Of a DNA stretch of 64,000 bases, positions 54,708-64,000 are shown piece after piece. Location: NCBI GenBank assembly GCA_942491855.1, contig CALOCL010000003.1:39497-103496 (forward strand), in the 5' to 3' direction. The notes under the pieces were generated by a model. It did no database searches, had not been told where the DNA came from, and saw nothing but the letters and a program-made list of their open reading frames with translations. Source of the DNA: an uncultured Bacteroidales bacterium. GTDB lineage: Bacteria > Bacteroidota > Bacteroidia > Bacteroidales > GCA-2711565. How positions within the stretch are numbered: the stretch's first letter is position 1; each line of letters starts with the position of its first letter. The position numbers and the translations under genes are program-made.

Positions 54708-55764
54708 TTTTAATTTTATATGGAATAAATAATTCTACTTTAAAAAAATTGTCAATTTTGTAAGTCTTTAGTAATTGATCATGTTTATAAATCAATCGTA
54801 AGCGATCCTTAATATTTTTCAACCCAATGCCTGCCCCCTTTCGTTGTATGGCATCTCCATCAAAATTATTGGTGATTGTAATTAAAAAATGATCTTCTTG
54901 CATTTTACATTCGGTTGTGATATGCACTGTTTCAGCACTTTCATAAACACCATGTTTGACTGCGTTCTCGTAAAGCGGCTGCAAAATCATAATGGGGATC
55001 ATTTGTTTTTCACAATCCATACTAAATTTAAAATCGAATTGAAGCTTGTCCCCAAAACGAACTTTTTCAATTTCAAGATATCGGGTGATATTCTCAATTT
55101 CCTTTCCGAACTCACTAAAACGCAGATTATCTTTGGAAACGGTATACCTTAAAAAATCGGAAAGTTTGATGATCATATCTCGGGCTTTCTCTCCATTAAC
55201 AACCGTAAGCGAACTAATTGAATTAAGACTGTTAAACAAGAAATGTGGATTTATCTGAGATTTTAATAAGTTCAACTCACCTTCTACAATGGTTTCTTTC
55301 AACTGGATTTCATTTTTGTGACGGGCCTGTAAATCACGATAGTAAATGATGAGGTAATAGATAAGGGCATTTATTGAGTAAAAGAATACGGCGCTAATCA
55401 CTCGCCAGGGAACCGATTGTTTCAGTAAAGATTGATATTCGACTTCCGAAACCAGCGACCTGGCAATGTACGAGCCCAAACTGATCCAAATGATATTGAT
55501 AATCGTCACGGAAGTGATGTGATTAAAAATGACACTATACAGATTTGAACTGGTTGGTTTTGAAAAACTCACAGCAAACCATAATGACAATCCAAAAAAA
55601 GCAAACAAAGTATTAAATACCAATGTATCAGTAAGAGCGACTTCTATACTTTGATTATAAAAGCCGAACAAAAAGAAAAAATGGATTCCCATGATAAGAA
55701 CCCAAATCATTACATATAAGATGAATGAACGTATCGATTTAAAAACTGGATGATCAATAATCAT
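54694..55764 (-). CDS. Sensor histidine kinase (LytS/His_kinase type)
   Basis: Multiple N-terminal TM segments, H-region QINPHFLFNSLNSISSL and an ATPase region GAGIGLKNIKDRL. Confidence 0.9.
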   Translation of the reverse strand: MIIDHPVFKSIRSFILYVMIWVLIMGIHFFFLFGFYNQSIEVALTDTLVFNTLFAFFGLSLWFAVSFSKPTSSNLYSVIFNHITSVTIINIIWISLGSYIARSLVSEVEYQSLLKQSVPWRVISAVFFYSINALIYYLIIYYRDLQARHKNEIQLKETIVEGELNLLKSQINPHFLFNSLNSISSLTVVNGEKARDMIIKLSDFLRYTVSKDNLRFSEFGKEIENITRYLEIEKVRFGDKLQFDFKFSMDCEKQMIPIMILQPLYENAVKHGVYESAETVHITTECKMQEDHFLITITNNFDGDAIQRKGAGIGLKNIKDRLRLIYKHDQLLKTYKIDNFFKVELFIPYKIKNENI

Positions 55765-55770
55765 AGCTGA

Positions 55771-56496
55771 TTAATAGCTTTTAATTTCACCTCCGCCAAA
55801 AATGCAGGTCCCTTTTATAATTAACATCTTTGAATCATCGGCTCCTTGTTTTATGATGGTTCGTTTATCGCTAAAGCCACCAAATATCGAAACCACATCG
55901 ATTCTTACATTCCAATCGGCCGGAACAACCATACCTACTCCACCGAATATGCAGTGAATTTCAAGAACATTCTCTCCTTCATTTAAAATGGCTTGAGTCA
56001 TATCTAGTTCTGAACCTCCAAAAATATTGTTCAGCTCTCCACCTTTGAAAACCTGATTCGCGATTCGTCTCTTAGATCCCCCGAACACATTAAACTCACT
56101 AATATAGCCGCTATCAAGTGGTCTCTCTCTGCGATTAACATTCCAATCCGATCTTCGACGCCCAAGAAAAATCAATGAGACACCAACACCTATAAGCAAT
56201 ACAGGCCAAAATAATTTAACGAAACTGAATGAAAATCGAAACACATCGGGTATGAGAAAGAATGCACCTATTCCAATTAAAATAATTCCTGTCGTTTTAT
56301 TTTCTCTGCTAACAAGATTGATCAATCCAATTGCGATTAATAACATTTCCCAAGAAAAGAATATCCGTCTGGTATGATATGGTAAGTATCCAAAATTAGA
56401 GGCCATTAACAGCGCTCCAATTACAACTACGATAATTCCAAAAGTAACTTTTTTCATACGCTTACTATCTGAGTAATTTTCCGTGAACTTTTCCAT
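55771..56496 (-). CDS. LiaF/DUF2154-like membrane protein (cell-wall stress module)
   Basis: Four TM segments followed by repeated FGG-containing beta-strand motifs (VFGGSKR, IFGGSEL, IFGGVGM, IFGGFSD, IFGGGEI). Lies upstream of the HK-LytTR pair. Confidence 0.7.
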   Translation of the reverse strand: MEKFTENYSDSKRMKKVTFGIIVVVIGALLMASNFGYLPYHTRRIFFSWEMLLIAIGLINLVSRENKTTGIILIGIGAFFLIPDVFRFSFSFVKLFWPVLLIGVGVSLIFLGRRRSDWNVNRRERPLDSGYISEFNVFGGSKRRIANQVFKGGELNNIFGGSELDMTQAILNEGENVLEIHCIFGGVGMVVPADWNVRIDVVSIFGGFSDKRTIIKQGADDSKMLIIKGTCIFGGGEIKSY

Positions 56497-56644
56497 TGAA
56501 TGAATTTTTAAAGTTAGTAATTTTAGATGAAGCAAAGATATATCGCAAGTACTTTTCTGAAAAGCATGAATCGGTAAATTGCCGAATAAGTACGGTGTAT
56601 GCTTTTTTTATATATTTACTTTAAAGATTTAAACCCACTTGACA

Positions 56645-57955
56645 ATGAAGAATATCCTTTTTTTTATCGCTATTTTATTCACCATCAATCTGAGTGCTCA
56701 ACAAACTTTACTTCAATCTGGTCCCATGTTAGGGTATTCCGAAATGAAGGAGACTGTCATTTGGATTCAAACAACAGAAAAAGCGGATGTACAAATTGCT
56801 TATTGGAAGGATGAAGATCAAAAATTTTGGACCTCAAAACACGAAACAAAAAAATCAGATGCATTCACTGTAAAATTAATCGCCAACCAAATAGAACCCG
56901 GCAACACTTATCATTACCAGGTTTTTATTAATGACGAGCCTCTGAAATTAAATTATCCAACCACTTTTCAATCCGCACCCCTCTGGAAATACAGAGGCGA
57001 TCCTCCAGAATTTTCTTTAGCTACAGGTAGCTGTGCCTACATTAATGAAGAACAGTATGATAGACCAGGAAAACCCTATGGTGGTGATTACGAAATTTTT
57101 GAAGCAATACATCACAAAAAACCAGATTTAATGATTTGGTTGGGAGATAATTTATACTATCGAGAAGCCGACTGGAATTCATGGACAGGAATTTTGCATC
57201 GAAATACACATACCCGTTCCACTTCAGAATTACAACCACTTTTGGCCTCAACCCATCACTATGCCATTTGGGATGATCATGACTACGGCCCGAATAACAG
57301 CGATCGGGGCCTATGGAATAAAGATCAAACCTACGACGCATTTAAGCTTTTCTGGCCCAATCCATCCTTTGGAATTACCAATGCAAAAGGCGCTATCAGT
57401 TTTTTTCAATGGGGTGATGCCGATTTTATTTTACTCGATAACCGAACTTATCGATCTCCAAATAATTTAAAGGAGAACCATAAAACAATTTTGGGTGCTA
57501 CTCAGTTGCAATGGTTAAAGGATGTTTTAGTAAGCAGCGAGGCAACCTTCAAGATAGTAGCAATGGGAGGCCAATTGCTAAACAGTGCTGAAGTTCATGA
57601 AACTTATTCAAATAATGGGTTTAAAGATGAAAGAAATGAAATTATAAAATTCATTTACGATCATAACATAAAAGGTGTGGTGTTTCTTAGTGGTGATCGG
57701 CACTTTACCGAGCTAAGTTTGCTTCAGGAAGAAGGAAAACCGAATATTTACGACCTCACAACTTCATCTCTTACAGCAGGTGTAAATACAAATGGAGGCG
57801 AGGAAGTTAACAAATATCGAATCCTGAATACCTTAGTGATGAGGCATAATTTCAGTCTTTTAAAATTCACTGGCCCTTTAAATGATAGAAAGTTGATCAT
57901 TGAGAATTATGATTTTTTGGGTAGAAAAATGTGGGATTACACTATCCCTGAATAA
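56645..57955 (+). CDS. PhoD-like alkaline phosphatase/metallophosphatase, exported
   Basis: Signal peptide, WLGDNLYY, WDDHDYGPNN and LSGDRHF. Confidence 0.8.
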   Translation: MKNILFFIAILFTINLSAQQTLLQSGPMLGYSEMKETVIWIQTTEKADVQIAYWKDEDQKFWTSKHETKKSDAFTVKLIANQIEPGNTYHYQVFINDEPLKLNYPTTFQSAPLWKYRGDPPEFSLATGSCAYINEEQYDRPGKPYGGDYEIFEAIHHKKPDLMIWLGDNLYYREADWNSWTGILHRNTHTRSTSELQPLLASTHHYAIWDDHDYGPNNSDRGLWNKDQTYDAFKLFWPNPSFGITNAKGAISFFQWGDADFILLDNRTYRSPNNLKENHKTILGATQLQWLKDVLVSSEATFKIVAMGGQLLNSAEVHETYSNNGFKDERNEIIKFIYDHNIKGVVFLSGDRHFTELSLLQEEGKPNIYDLTTSSLTAGVNTNGGEEVNKYRILNTLVMRHNFSLLKFTGPLNDRKLIIENYDFLGRKMWDYTIPE

Positions 57956-58619
57956 CTTTTTTCGCTCTTAAAAACTCTCTTTTCCCAATCGGTCCAGGGA
58001 GTTTCTCTAAGGTAAAACCGGCTGATCTTAAAGCTCGTTTCACCGTTCCTTTCACCGAATAAGTAACCAGTATCCCATCTTGTTTCATCGAATCATAAAT
58101 TTTCCGAAAAACTTCTACACTCCATAATTCAGATTGAACATCGGGTGCAAAGGCATCAAAATAAACCAAATTAAAATAATTTTCGGGAAGCGATATGTCT
58201 TCAATTTTTTGTTTAAGCTTTTGTAATCTGAAATTAGGAAACAGTTCTTGACACTCATTCCATTCAAGTTCATGAATTCGTTTCAAATTCTCAGTGCTAT
58301 TTTTACTTTCAATCAACGCATCAAAGTTTAATTTAAGCAAAAGTTCTGCCTCAACAGGAAAGGGTTCGACACCCCAATAATCGATTAAAACCTTATTTTG
58401 AAATGATTGCTCAAGACTAAGAAAAGCATTTAAACCTGTTCCGAATCCAACCTCAAGCAGGTTGATATCTTTACAGTTTTGTATTTGAGGCCTCAAACCT
58501 GCTTCTATAAAAATATGTTTCGATTCCTGAATCGCACCAAAAGTTGAATGATAATGTTCATTCAATACTACATTGTACAAGGTATGAGAACCATCTTCTG
58601 TGACAACCAATTTAATCAT
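57942..58619 (-). CDS. mnmD: tRNA U34 (5-methylaminomethyl-2-thiouridine) methyltransferase, stand-alone MnmC methyltransferase domain
   Basis: 225 aa with VTEDGSHTLYN...EHYHSTFGAIQESKHIFI and LEVGFGTGLNAF. Confidence 0.7.
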   Translation of the reverse strand: MIKLVVTEDGSHTLYNVVLNEHYHSTFGAIQESKHIFIEAGLRPQIQNCKDINLLEVGFGTGLNAFLSLEQSFQNKVLIDYWGVEPFPVEAELLLKLNFDALIESKNSTENLKRIHELEWNECQELFPNFRLQKLKQKIEDISLPENYFNLVYFDAFAPDVQSELWSVEVFRKIYDSMKQDGILVTYSVKGTVKRALRSAGFTLEKLPGPIGKREFLRAKKVIQG

Positions 58620-58698
58620 ATGCGAAGATACGCATTAAAGCATTTTACAGCCGAATTGGAGATATTTTTAAATTTACGGTATAAAAAAGAAAAACTTC

Positions 58699-59409
58699 AT
58701 GTTAAAAGACATTAAACTACATCGTATTTTATTTATCGATATTGAAACCGTACCTGCATACCCCAGCTATGCTGAAATGCCTGATAATTTTCAATTATTG
58801 TGGGATCAAAAGGCCGAAAGATTAAAAAAAACGGATAAAGATACGCCTGATCAAATCTATAACAAAGCAGGAATTTACGCTGAGTTCGGGAAAATCATTT
58901 GCATTTCTGCTGGTTACTTTTACAATGAAGAATTCAGACTAAAGTCATTTTATTCGGATGATGAGAAACTTTTGCTCACAGCGTTTAATGAATTATTAAA
59001 CAGTCATTTTAGCAGCCGCCAACATTTACTATGTGCCCATAATGGTAAGGAGTTTGACTATCCTTACATTGCCAGGCGCATGCTCATCAATGGAATTCAA
59101 CTTCCCTCTATTCTCGACATGGCTGGTCAAAAACCCTGGAACATTCCTCATCTTGATACCATGGAATTGTGGAAATTTGGCGATTACAAACACTATACAT
59201 CACTGGCATTACTTGCTTCAATTTTTGATATTTCCACTCCAAAAGACGATATTGACGGAAGTGATATTGCGAGAGTTTATTGGCAGGATCATGATTTGGA
59301 ACGTATTGCCAAGTACTGTCAAAAGGATGTTTTAACCGTAGCTCAACTTTTCCTAAAATACCAAAACAAAACCCTACTCGATCAAAATCAAGTGGTAGTT
59401 ATTCCTTAA
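58699..59409 (+). CDS. 3'-5' exonuclease, PolB-exonuclease-like (RNase H fold)
   Basis: ILFIDIETVP (ExoI), CAHNGKEFDYPYI (ExoII) and YCQKDVLTVAQL (ExoIII-like). Confidence 0.75.
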   Translation: MLKDIKLHRILFIDIETVPAYPSYAEMPDNFQLLWDQKAERLKKTDKDTPDQIYNKAGIYAEFGKIICISAGYFYNEEFRLKSFYSDDEKLLLTAFNELLNSHFSSRQHLLCAHNGKEFDYPYIARRMLINGIQLPSILDMAGQKPWNIPHLDTMELWKFGDYKHYTSLALLASIFDISTPKDDIDGSDIARVYWQDHDLERIAKYCQKDVLTVAQLFLKYQNKTLLDQNQVVVIP

Positions 59410-59536
59410 TTATTATTTAGAATATTTTTGAATTAAATCTTGTTGTTAATTTCCTAACATCTGTTTAGCAAGGCTCATATAATTATTTTATATTTGCCTA
59501 ACTATCTAATTACCTATTAAAAAAATCAATTCAATT

Positions 59537-60763
59537 ATGAAAAAACTTTCGATATTATTTTTTGTCATTCTGCTGCCTGTTTTGATGATGGCGCAAGATC
59601 AATCAAAATTTGGGATTAAATTTACGGGTTTTGTTAAGAGTGATATTTACTACGATTCACGTCAGGGAGTTTCTGCTCGCGAAGGACATTTTTATTTATA
59701 TCCAATGAATGAATCCCTGGATGTAAATGGTGTTGATATCAATGGAAAATCCACCTTTAACATGTTGAGCATCCAAACAAGGCTTACAGGAGTAATTACA
59801 GGCCCTGATGCTTTCGGTGCAAAAACCTCAGCCTTGATTGAAGGAGCATTCTTTGGTCACACAGCACCTGACATTAACGGTTTCCGCTTACGACACGCAT
59901 TTGCCAAACTTACTTGGGATAACACAGAACTTTTGGTAGGTCAGTTTTGGCATGCCATGTTTATTACTGATTGTTTTCCGGGCACGGTTTCCTTTAATAC
60001 CGGAGCCCCATTTCAGCCATTCTCACGAAATCCACAAATTAGATTTACTCAAAAATTTAATGATGTAAAAATGATTTTCACTGCCATGTCGCAACGCGAT
60101 TTCACAAGTACAGGACCAGCGGGTGCAAGTACAGCTTACCTAAGAAACAATGTTATACCAGAATTAAATTTGACGCTTCAGTACAGCACAAAAGGAGAAA
60201 ATGGAAACTCATTCTTAGCAGGAGTCGGGGCTGATTACATGTCAATTATTCCAATGATTGAATCTGAGGCCGGATTAGCAGTGGATGAACCTGTAACAGG
60301 ATTCTCAACCATGGCTTTTATGAAATTCACTACCAAAGATATTACAGTGAAATTTGAAGGAGTATTGGGACAAAACACCACTCATCTTACCATGTTGGGT
60401 GGTTATATAGGTTATGTTGAAACTAATCAATTTCAAGAATTTTCACCTATAAAAACTGCTTCAATGTGGACAGACATTCATAGTAATGGCAAGAAAGTTC
60501 AAGTAGGTTTGTTTGCTGGGTTTACGAAAAACCAAGGTTCAGATAAAGACAACCGAAATGCATTTTTTAGCCGCGGGTCAAATATTGACTACATCTATCG
60601 TTTCTCTCCACGAATCAATTTTAATTCTGGGAAAATGCGTTTCTCTGGTGAGATTGAATACACAACAGCTGCATATGGAAACCCTATAGAAGACAGTACC
60701 ATTGCTAACAGCAATGAAGTTAATAACTTACGTTTATTAATTGGTGTTTACTACTTTTTTTAG
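59537..60763 (+). CDS. Outer-membrane beta-barrel porin-like protein
   Basis: 408 aa with signal peptide (MMAQD), a beta-strand-rich pattern and a terminal YYFF. Confidence 0.55.
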   Translation: MKKLSILFFVILLPVLMMAQDQSKFGIKFTGFVKSDIYYDSRQGVSAREGHFYLYPMNESLDVNGVDINGKSTFNMLSIQTRLTGVITGPDAFGAKTSALIEGAFFGHTAPDINGFRLRHAFAKLTWDNTELLVGQFWHAMFITDCFPGTVSFNTGAPFQPFSRNPQIRFTQKFNDVKMIFTAMSQRDFTSTGPAGASTAYLRNNVIPELNLTLQYSTKGENGNSFLAGVGADYMSIIPMIESEAGLAVDEPVTGFSTMAFMKFTTKDITVKFEGVLGQNTTHLTMLGGYIGYVETNQFQEFSPIKTASMWTDIHSNGKKVQVGLFAGFTKNQGSDKDNRNAFFSRGSNIDYIYRFSPRINFNSGKMRFSGEIEYTTAAYGNPIEDSTIANSNEVNNLRLLIGVYYFF

Positions 60764-60818
60764 AGAAATGAATTAAGCTTTAAAATTTGCGCTTACTTTG
60801 TAATAATTATATTGTCAA

Positions 60819-60850
60819 CTCCCTTCAGTTTCCTGAAGGGAGTTTTTTTA
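60819..60850 (+). terminator. Rho-independent terminator
   Basis: CTCCCTTCAG-tttc-CTGAAGGGAG followed by T8. Confidence 0.9.
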
Positions 60851-60902
60851 TCTTTATCAATTAGATCATCTCAAACTAAGCTAATATTCATTACTACTCA
60901 AA

Positions 60903-62342
60903 ATGGAAAAACACCTTTTATCAAAATCAACATTTATTCGAAGTACGCAATGTTTAAAATCACTTTATTTACACAAACGCAGGCCTTTTTTACGTGATAG
61001 ATTATCGGCAGAACAATTGGCCAAGTTTAAAAGAGGAACAGATGTTGGAATACTCGCCCAGCATTTATTTCCAGGAGGTGCGGATTTACAACCTAAATCA
61101 CCGGCTCAATACAGAAAGTCGGTGGTAGCAACTGGTGAACAATTAGAAACCAAAGATGATTTTACCATTTACGAGGCCTCCTTCCAAAGTGATCAAATCC
61201 TAATTATTCTTGACATTTTAGAACAAAAAGAAGGAAAAATTTATGCTTATGAAGTAAAAAGCTCACTGGCCATTTCTGAAACTTACCTAAAAGATGCAGC
61301 TTTGCAGTTCTATGTAATCGAGGAATCTGGTACCAAGATCGAAGATTTTTTCATTGTTTACATCAACGAGGATTATCAATTTACAGAGGATGAACTAGAT
61401 TTAAATCAATTCTTTAAAATTGAATCGGTCCTAAATAAAGTATTGGAACTTCAATCTTACATAAAAAAGCAGATCCCAAAAGCAAAAGAAACTTTAACCT
61501 TGAAGCACTCTCCTGAAATAAGTATTGGGCCTCAGTGCCATTCTCCCTATCCTTGCGACTTTAGGCGACATTGCTGGAAACATTTGCCCAAAGAATCAAT
61601 TTTTGATCTGCCTTTTCTATCAGAAGCTCAGAAATTTGAGATGCATTCCAAGGAAATCTTCGAAATTTATGAAGTTGAAAATTATTTCAATTTGAGTGAG
61701 ATTGAAAAGATTAAATTAAATTGTCATTTGAACCAGAATACTCATTTTAACAACTCAAAGATTAAAAGCTATATCGATGAAATCAATTATCCAATAAATT
61801 TTATCAATCTGTCGAATATCTCCTCTGCTGTGCCCAGATGGAAAAACTGCAAACCTTTCGAGCCTATCCCATTTCATATTTCGATTTTAACTTTATCTGA
61901 AGATCAACAGTACAGCACATCATCATTTATGCTTAGTTCAGATGAAACTTCTCCAAAAGAAGCGATTGGAAGCTACCTTACAGAAGCAATGAGTCCTAAT
62001 TCCAGCATTGTTATTTTCGATCAAAAGGAAATACTGAAAAAGATTCCGGGGTTTACAGAAGAATTCCAAATCAATGATTTGGTTGATTTGATAAGTGAGA
62101 ATGTTGTTTATCATCCAGGAATTACAGAACAGATTAGTCTTCAAGACATTAACACTGAATTACTAAAAAACAAAAGAAATAAGAGCATGCTTAGTCAACT
62201 TCAGGTTCATCAAAAATTGAATACTTTTCTGGATGATGAAGATGAACAAAAAAACATCATAAAAGAAGTTGAACAGAGTGGTGAAGCAAATAACCAGGTA
62301 ATGCTTGAATTTTGGAAGATACTCCAAGGAATTGTTGAATAA
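60903..62342 (+). CDS. DUF2779-like protein with N-terminal PD-(D/E)xK / Cas4-type nuclease features
   Basis: 479 aa. The opening LSKSTFIRSTQCLKSLYL, YAYEVKSS (ExK) and the Cys cluster CHSPYPCDFRRHC are as I recall for DUF2779. Confidence 0.65.
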   Translation: MEKHLLSKSTFIRSTQCLKSLYLHKRRPFLRDRLSAEQLAKFKRGTDVGILAQHLFPGGADLQPKSPAQYRKSVVATGEQLETKDDFTIYEASFQSDQILIILDILEQKEGKIYAYEVKSSLAISETYLKDAALQFYVIEESGTKIEDFFIVYINEDYQFTEDELDLNQFFKIESVLNKVLELQSYIKKQIPKAKETLTLKHSPEISIGPQCHSPYPCDFRRHCWKHLPKESIFDLPFLSEAQKFEMHSKEIFEIYEVENYFNLSEIEKIKLNCHLNQNTHFNNSKIKSYIDEINYPINFINLSNISSAVPRWKNCKPFEPIPFHISILTLSEDQQYSTSSFMLSSDETSPKEAIGSYLTEAMSPNSSIVIFDQKEILKKIPGFTEEFQINDLVDLISENVVYHPGITEQISLQDINTELLKNKRNKSMLSQLQVHQKLNTFLDDEDEQKNIIKEVEQSGEANNQVMLEFWKILQGIVE

Positions 62343-62426
62343 TAGACACTTAAGGGGTAATATTTTTTTATTAACAATAGGCATATTTTTATCAACTAAA
62401 GCTTCATATTTTTATATATTTGACCC

Positions 62427-63959
62427 ATGGAAGATGCTTCAAAGAAGAGAATAGAAAGTTCACGAAAACGGACTAAACAATCAGGTCAAACAGGTGGGCT
62501 TTGGGAACATGGAAAAGTTCCACCACAAGCTACTGACCTAGAGGAAGCTGTTCTTGGAGCAATCATGCTGGAAAAAGATGCCTTAACCCAGGTTATCGAC
62601 ATTCTCAAACCTGAAGTATTTTACAAAGAATCACATAACATTATTTTTGCCGCAATCTCTCGTTTATTCGGTAAATCAGAGCCCGTTGATATTTTAACCG
62701 TAACCAATGAATTAAAAAACAGTGGTGAACTCGAAATGGTGGGCGGCCCTTATTACATCACTCAATTAACAAACCGAATTGCTTCCGCAGCGAATGTTGA
62801 ATATCATGCAAGAATTATTTCACAAAAATTCATTCAACGCGAATTGATTCGAATTTCTTCAGAAATTATTAAAGACGCTTTTGAGGATACTACTGATGTT
62901 TTTGATTTGCTGGATAGAGCCGAACAAAATCTATTTTCGGTAAGTGAAAGCAATTTAAGACGTAGTTACGATGATATGCAGTCATTGGTTACTGATGCGA
63001 TAAAAGAAATTGAAGCCGGTAAAGGTCAGGAAGGTCACCTCAGAGGAATTGCTTCGGGTTTTACCGATTTGGACAGGGTTACCAATGGCTGGCAAAAATC
63101 TGACTTGGTCATTTTAGCCGCCCGTCCGGGTATGGGTAAAACTGCTTTTGTACTTTCTATGGCGCGTAATGCGGCCATTGATTTCAACAAAGCGGTTGCA
63201 TTTTTCTCCTTGGAGATGTCATCTATCCAATTGGTTACACGTCTTATCTCTAGCGAAACTCAACTATCAGCCGATAAACTGAAAAAAGGGAATCTGGAAA
63301 GTTACGAATGGGAGCAACTTCATTCTAAAATCAGCAATCTTACGGAAGCAAAACTGCTGATTGATGATACTCCGGCATTAACAGTTTTCGAACTCCGTGC
63401 CAAATGTCGTCGATTAAAAGCCCAGCACGATATCCAAATGGTGATTATCGATTACCTACAGTTAATGAGTGGAAGTGGAGATTCCAAAGGAAACAGGGAA
63501 CAGGAAATTAGTACCATTTCACGCTCGCTTAAAGCGCTCGCAAAAGAATTAGAGATTCCGGTCATTGCATTATCTCAGTTAAGTCGTGCCGTTGAAACCC
63601 GTGGCGGGTCAAAAAAACCCATTCTTTCAGATTTACGTGAATCGGGTGCCATTGAGCAGGATGCGGACATGGTAATGTTTATTTATCGACCCGAATATTA
63701 TAAAATTGAAGTTGACGAAGACGGTAACTCTACGGCGGGAATTGCAGAAATCTGTATCGCAAAACACCGTAACGGTGCCCTAAAAGATGTTCCACTGCGA
63801 TTCATTGATAAGTTTGCTAAATTCGCTGATCTTCATACCGATGGAGATGGGGAAGCGTATACAGGATTCGATGCCAACGAAGATTTTGATGCAGGAATTC
63901 CAACCCGTACCATTCCTTCAAAAATGAATGATATGAGTGAAGACGATATTCCATTTTAA
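62427..63959 (+). CDS. dnaB: Replicative DNA helicase DnaB
   Basis: 510 aa. N-terminal domain PPQATDLEEAVLGAIML, Walker A ARPGMGKTAF, Walker B MVIIDYLQLM, and RecA-like motifs ALSQLSRAVE and DADMVMFIYR. Confidence 0.95.
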   Translation: MEDASKKRIESSRKRTKQSGQTGGLWEHGKVPPQATDLEEAVLGAIMLEKDALTQVIDILKPEVFYKESHNIIFAAISRLFGKSEPVDILTVTNELKNSGELEMVGGPYYITQLTNRIASAANVEYHARIISQKFIQRELIRISSEIIKDAFEDTTDVFDLLDRAEQNLFSVSESNLRRSYDDMQSLVTDAIKEIEAGKGQEGHLRGIASGFTDLDRVTNGWQKSDLVILAARPGMGKTAFVLSMARNAAIDFNKAVAFFSLEMSSIQLVTRLISSETQLSADKLKKGNLESYEWEQLHSKISNLTEAKLLIDDTPALTVFELRAKCRRLKAQHDIQMVIIDYLQLMSGSGDSKGNREQEISTISRSLKALAKELEIPVIALSQLSRAVETRGGSKKPILSDLRESGAIEQDADMVMFIYRPEYYKIEVDEDGNSTAGIAEICIAKHRNGALKDVPLRFIDKFAKFADLHTDGDGEAYTGFDANEDFDAGIPTRTIPSKMNDMSEDDIPF

Positions 63960-64000
63960 GCTATCCAATCTTAGATTACATACATCTTTAATAATTTCCA

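Noticed and set aside
57942-57955. 14-nt 3' overlap of the convergent phoD-like and mnmD genes, considered as an antisense regulatory arrangement
   Set aside because: Short convergent overlaps are common in compact genomes, and no associated structure or motif is visible.

Overview
AT-rich chromosomal window with Bacteroidota-type content: a GLPGLI protein, three ~800-aa FtsX/MacB-type permease paralogues, PadR-PspC and PadR-DUF1700 pairs, DUF4251/DUF2891/DUF2779-like proteins and TAnnTTTG -7 boxes. I support about 50 protein genes and found no rRNA, tRNA or CRISPR. All calls rest on motifs read by eye; no searches or computations were run. (1) 0.7-16.5 kb is an IS-scarred accessory block. 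It holds five co-directional exported hydrolases (S15, S12/beta-lactamase-fold, S8, S15, S41), an IS3-family relic, an intact IS3-family element, a truncated paralogue fragment that forms a 9.2-kb-spaced direct repeat, an orphan FtsX permease, a GLPGLI protein and a truncated copy of a second IS3-family element. (2) 17-26 kb looks like core genome: MATE pump, PadR-PspC, SDR, fused E1 alpha/beta dehydrogenase, amidase. (3) 26-32 kb is a second accessory patch: a PadR operon whose third gene is split by the intact second IS, then a membrane-tethered beta-lactamase-fold hydrolase next to a frameshifted CPBP protease. (4) 32-40 kb carries an NtrC-type two-component system divergent from two tandem FtsX permeases, with a sigma-54-like -24/-12 element between them. 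(5) 41-53 kb groups genes acting on non-standard amino acids and peptides: ureohydrolase, YcsG-PxpABC-DUF2891, Asp/Glu racemase, MlrC-like M81, DmpA-like P1 peptidase, FadL-like channel. (6) 53-64 kb is housekeeping, ending in dnaB. The observations I rate highest are: the outermost 18 bp of one IS end repeated 4x in tandem inside the target-site duplication, with 1x and an inverted solo 2x elsewhere; sigma-54-like promoters upstream of two separate FtsX permease loci (the tandem pair and an orphan 22 kb away); all three microcystinase-pathway enzyme families present, two of them adjacent; and a DnaB C-terminal tail ending in the SSB-tip motif DDIPF.
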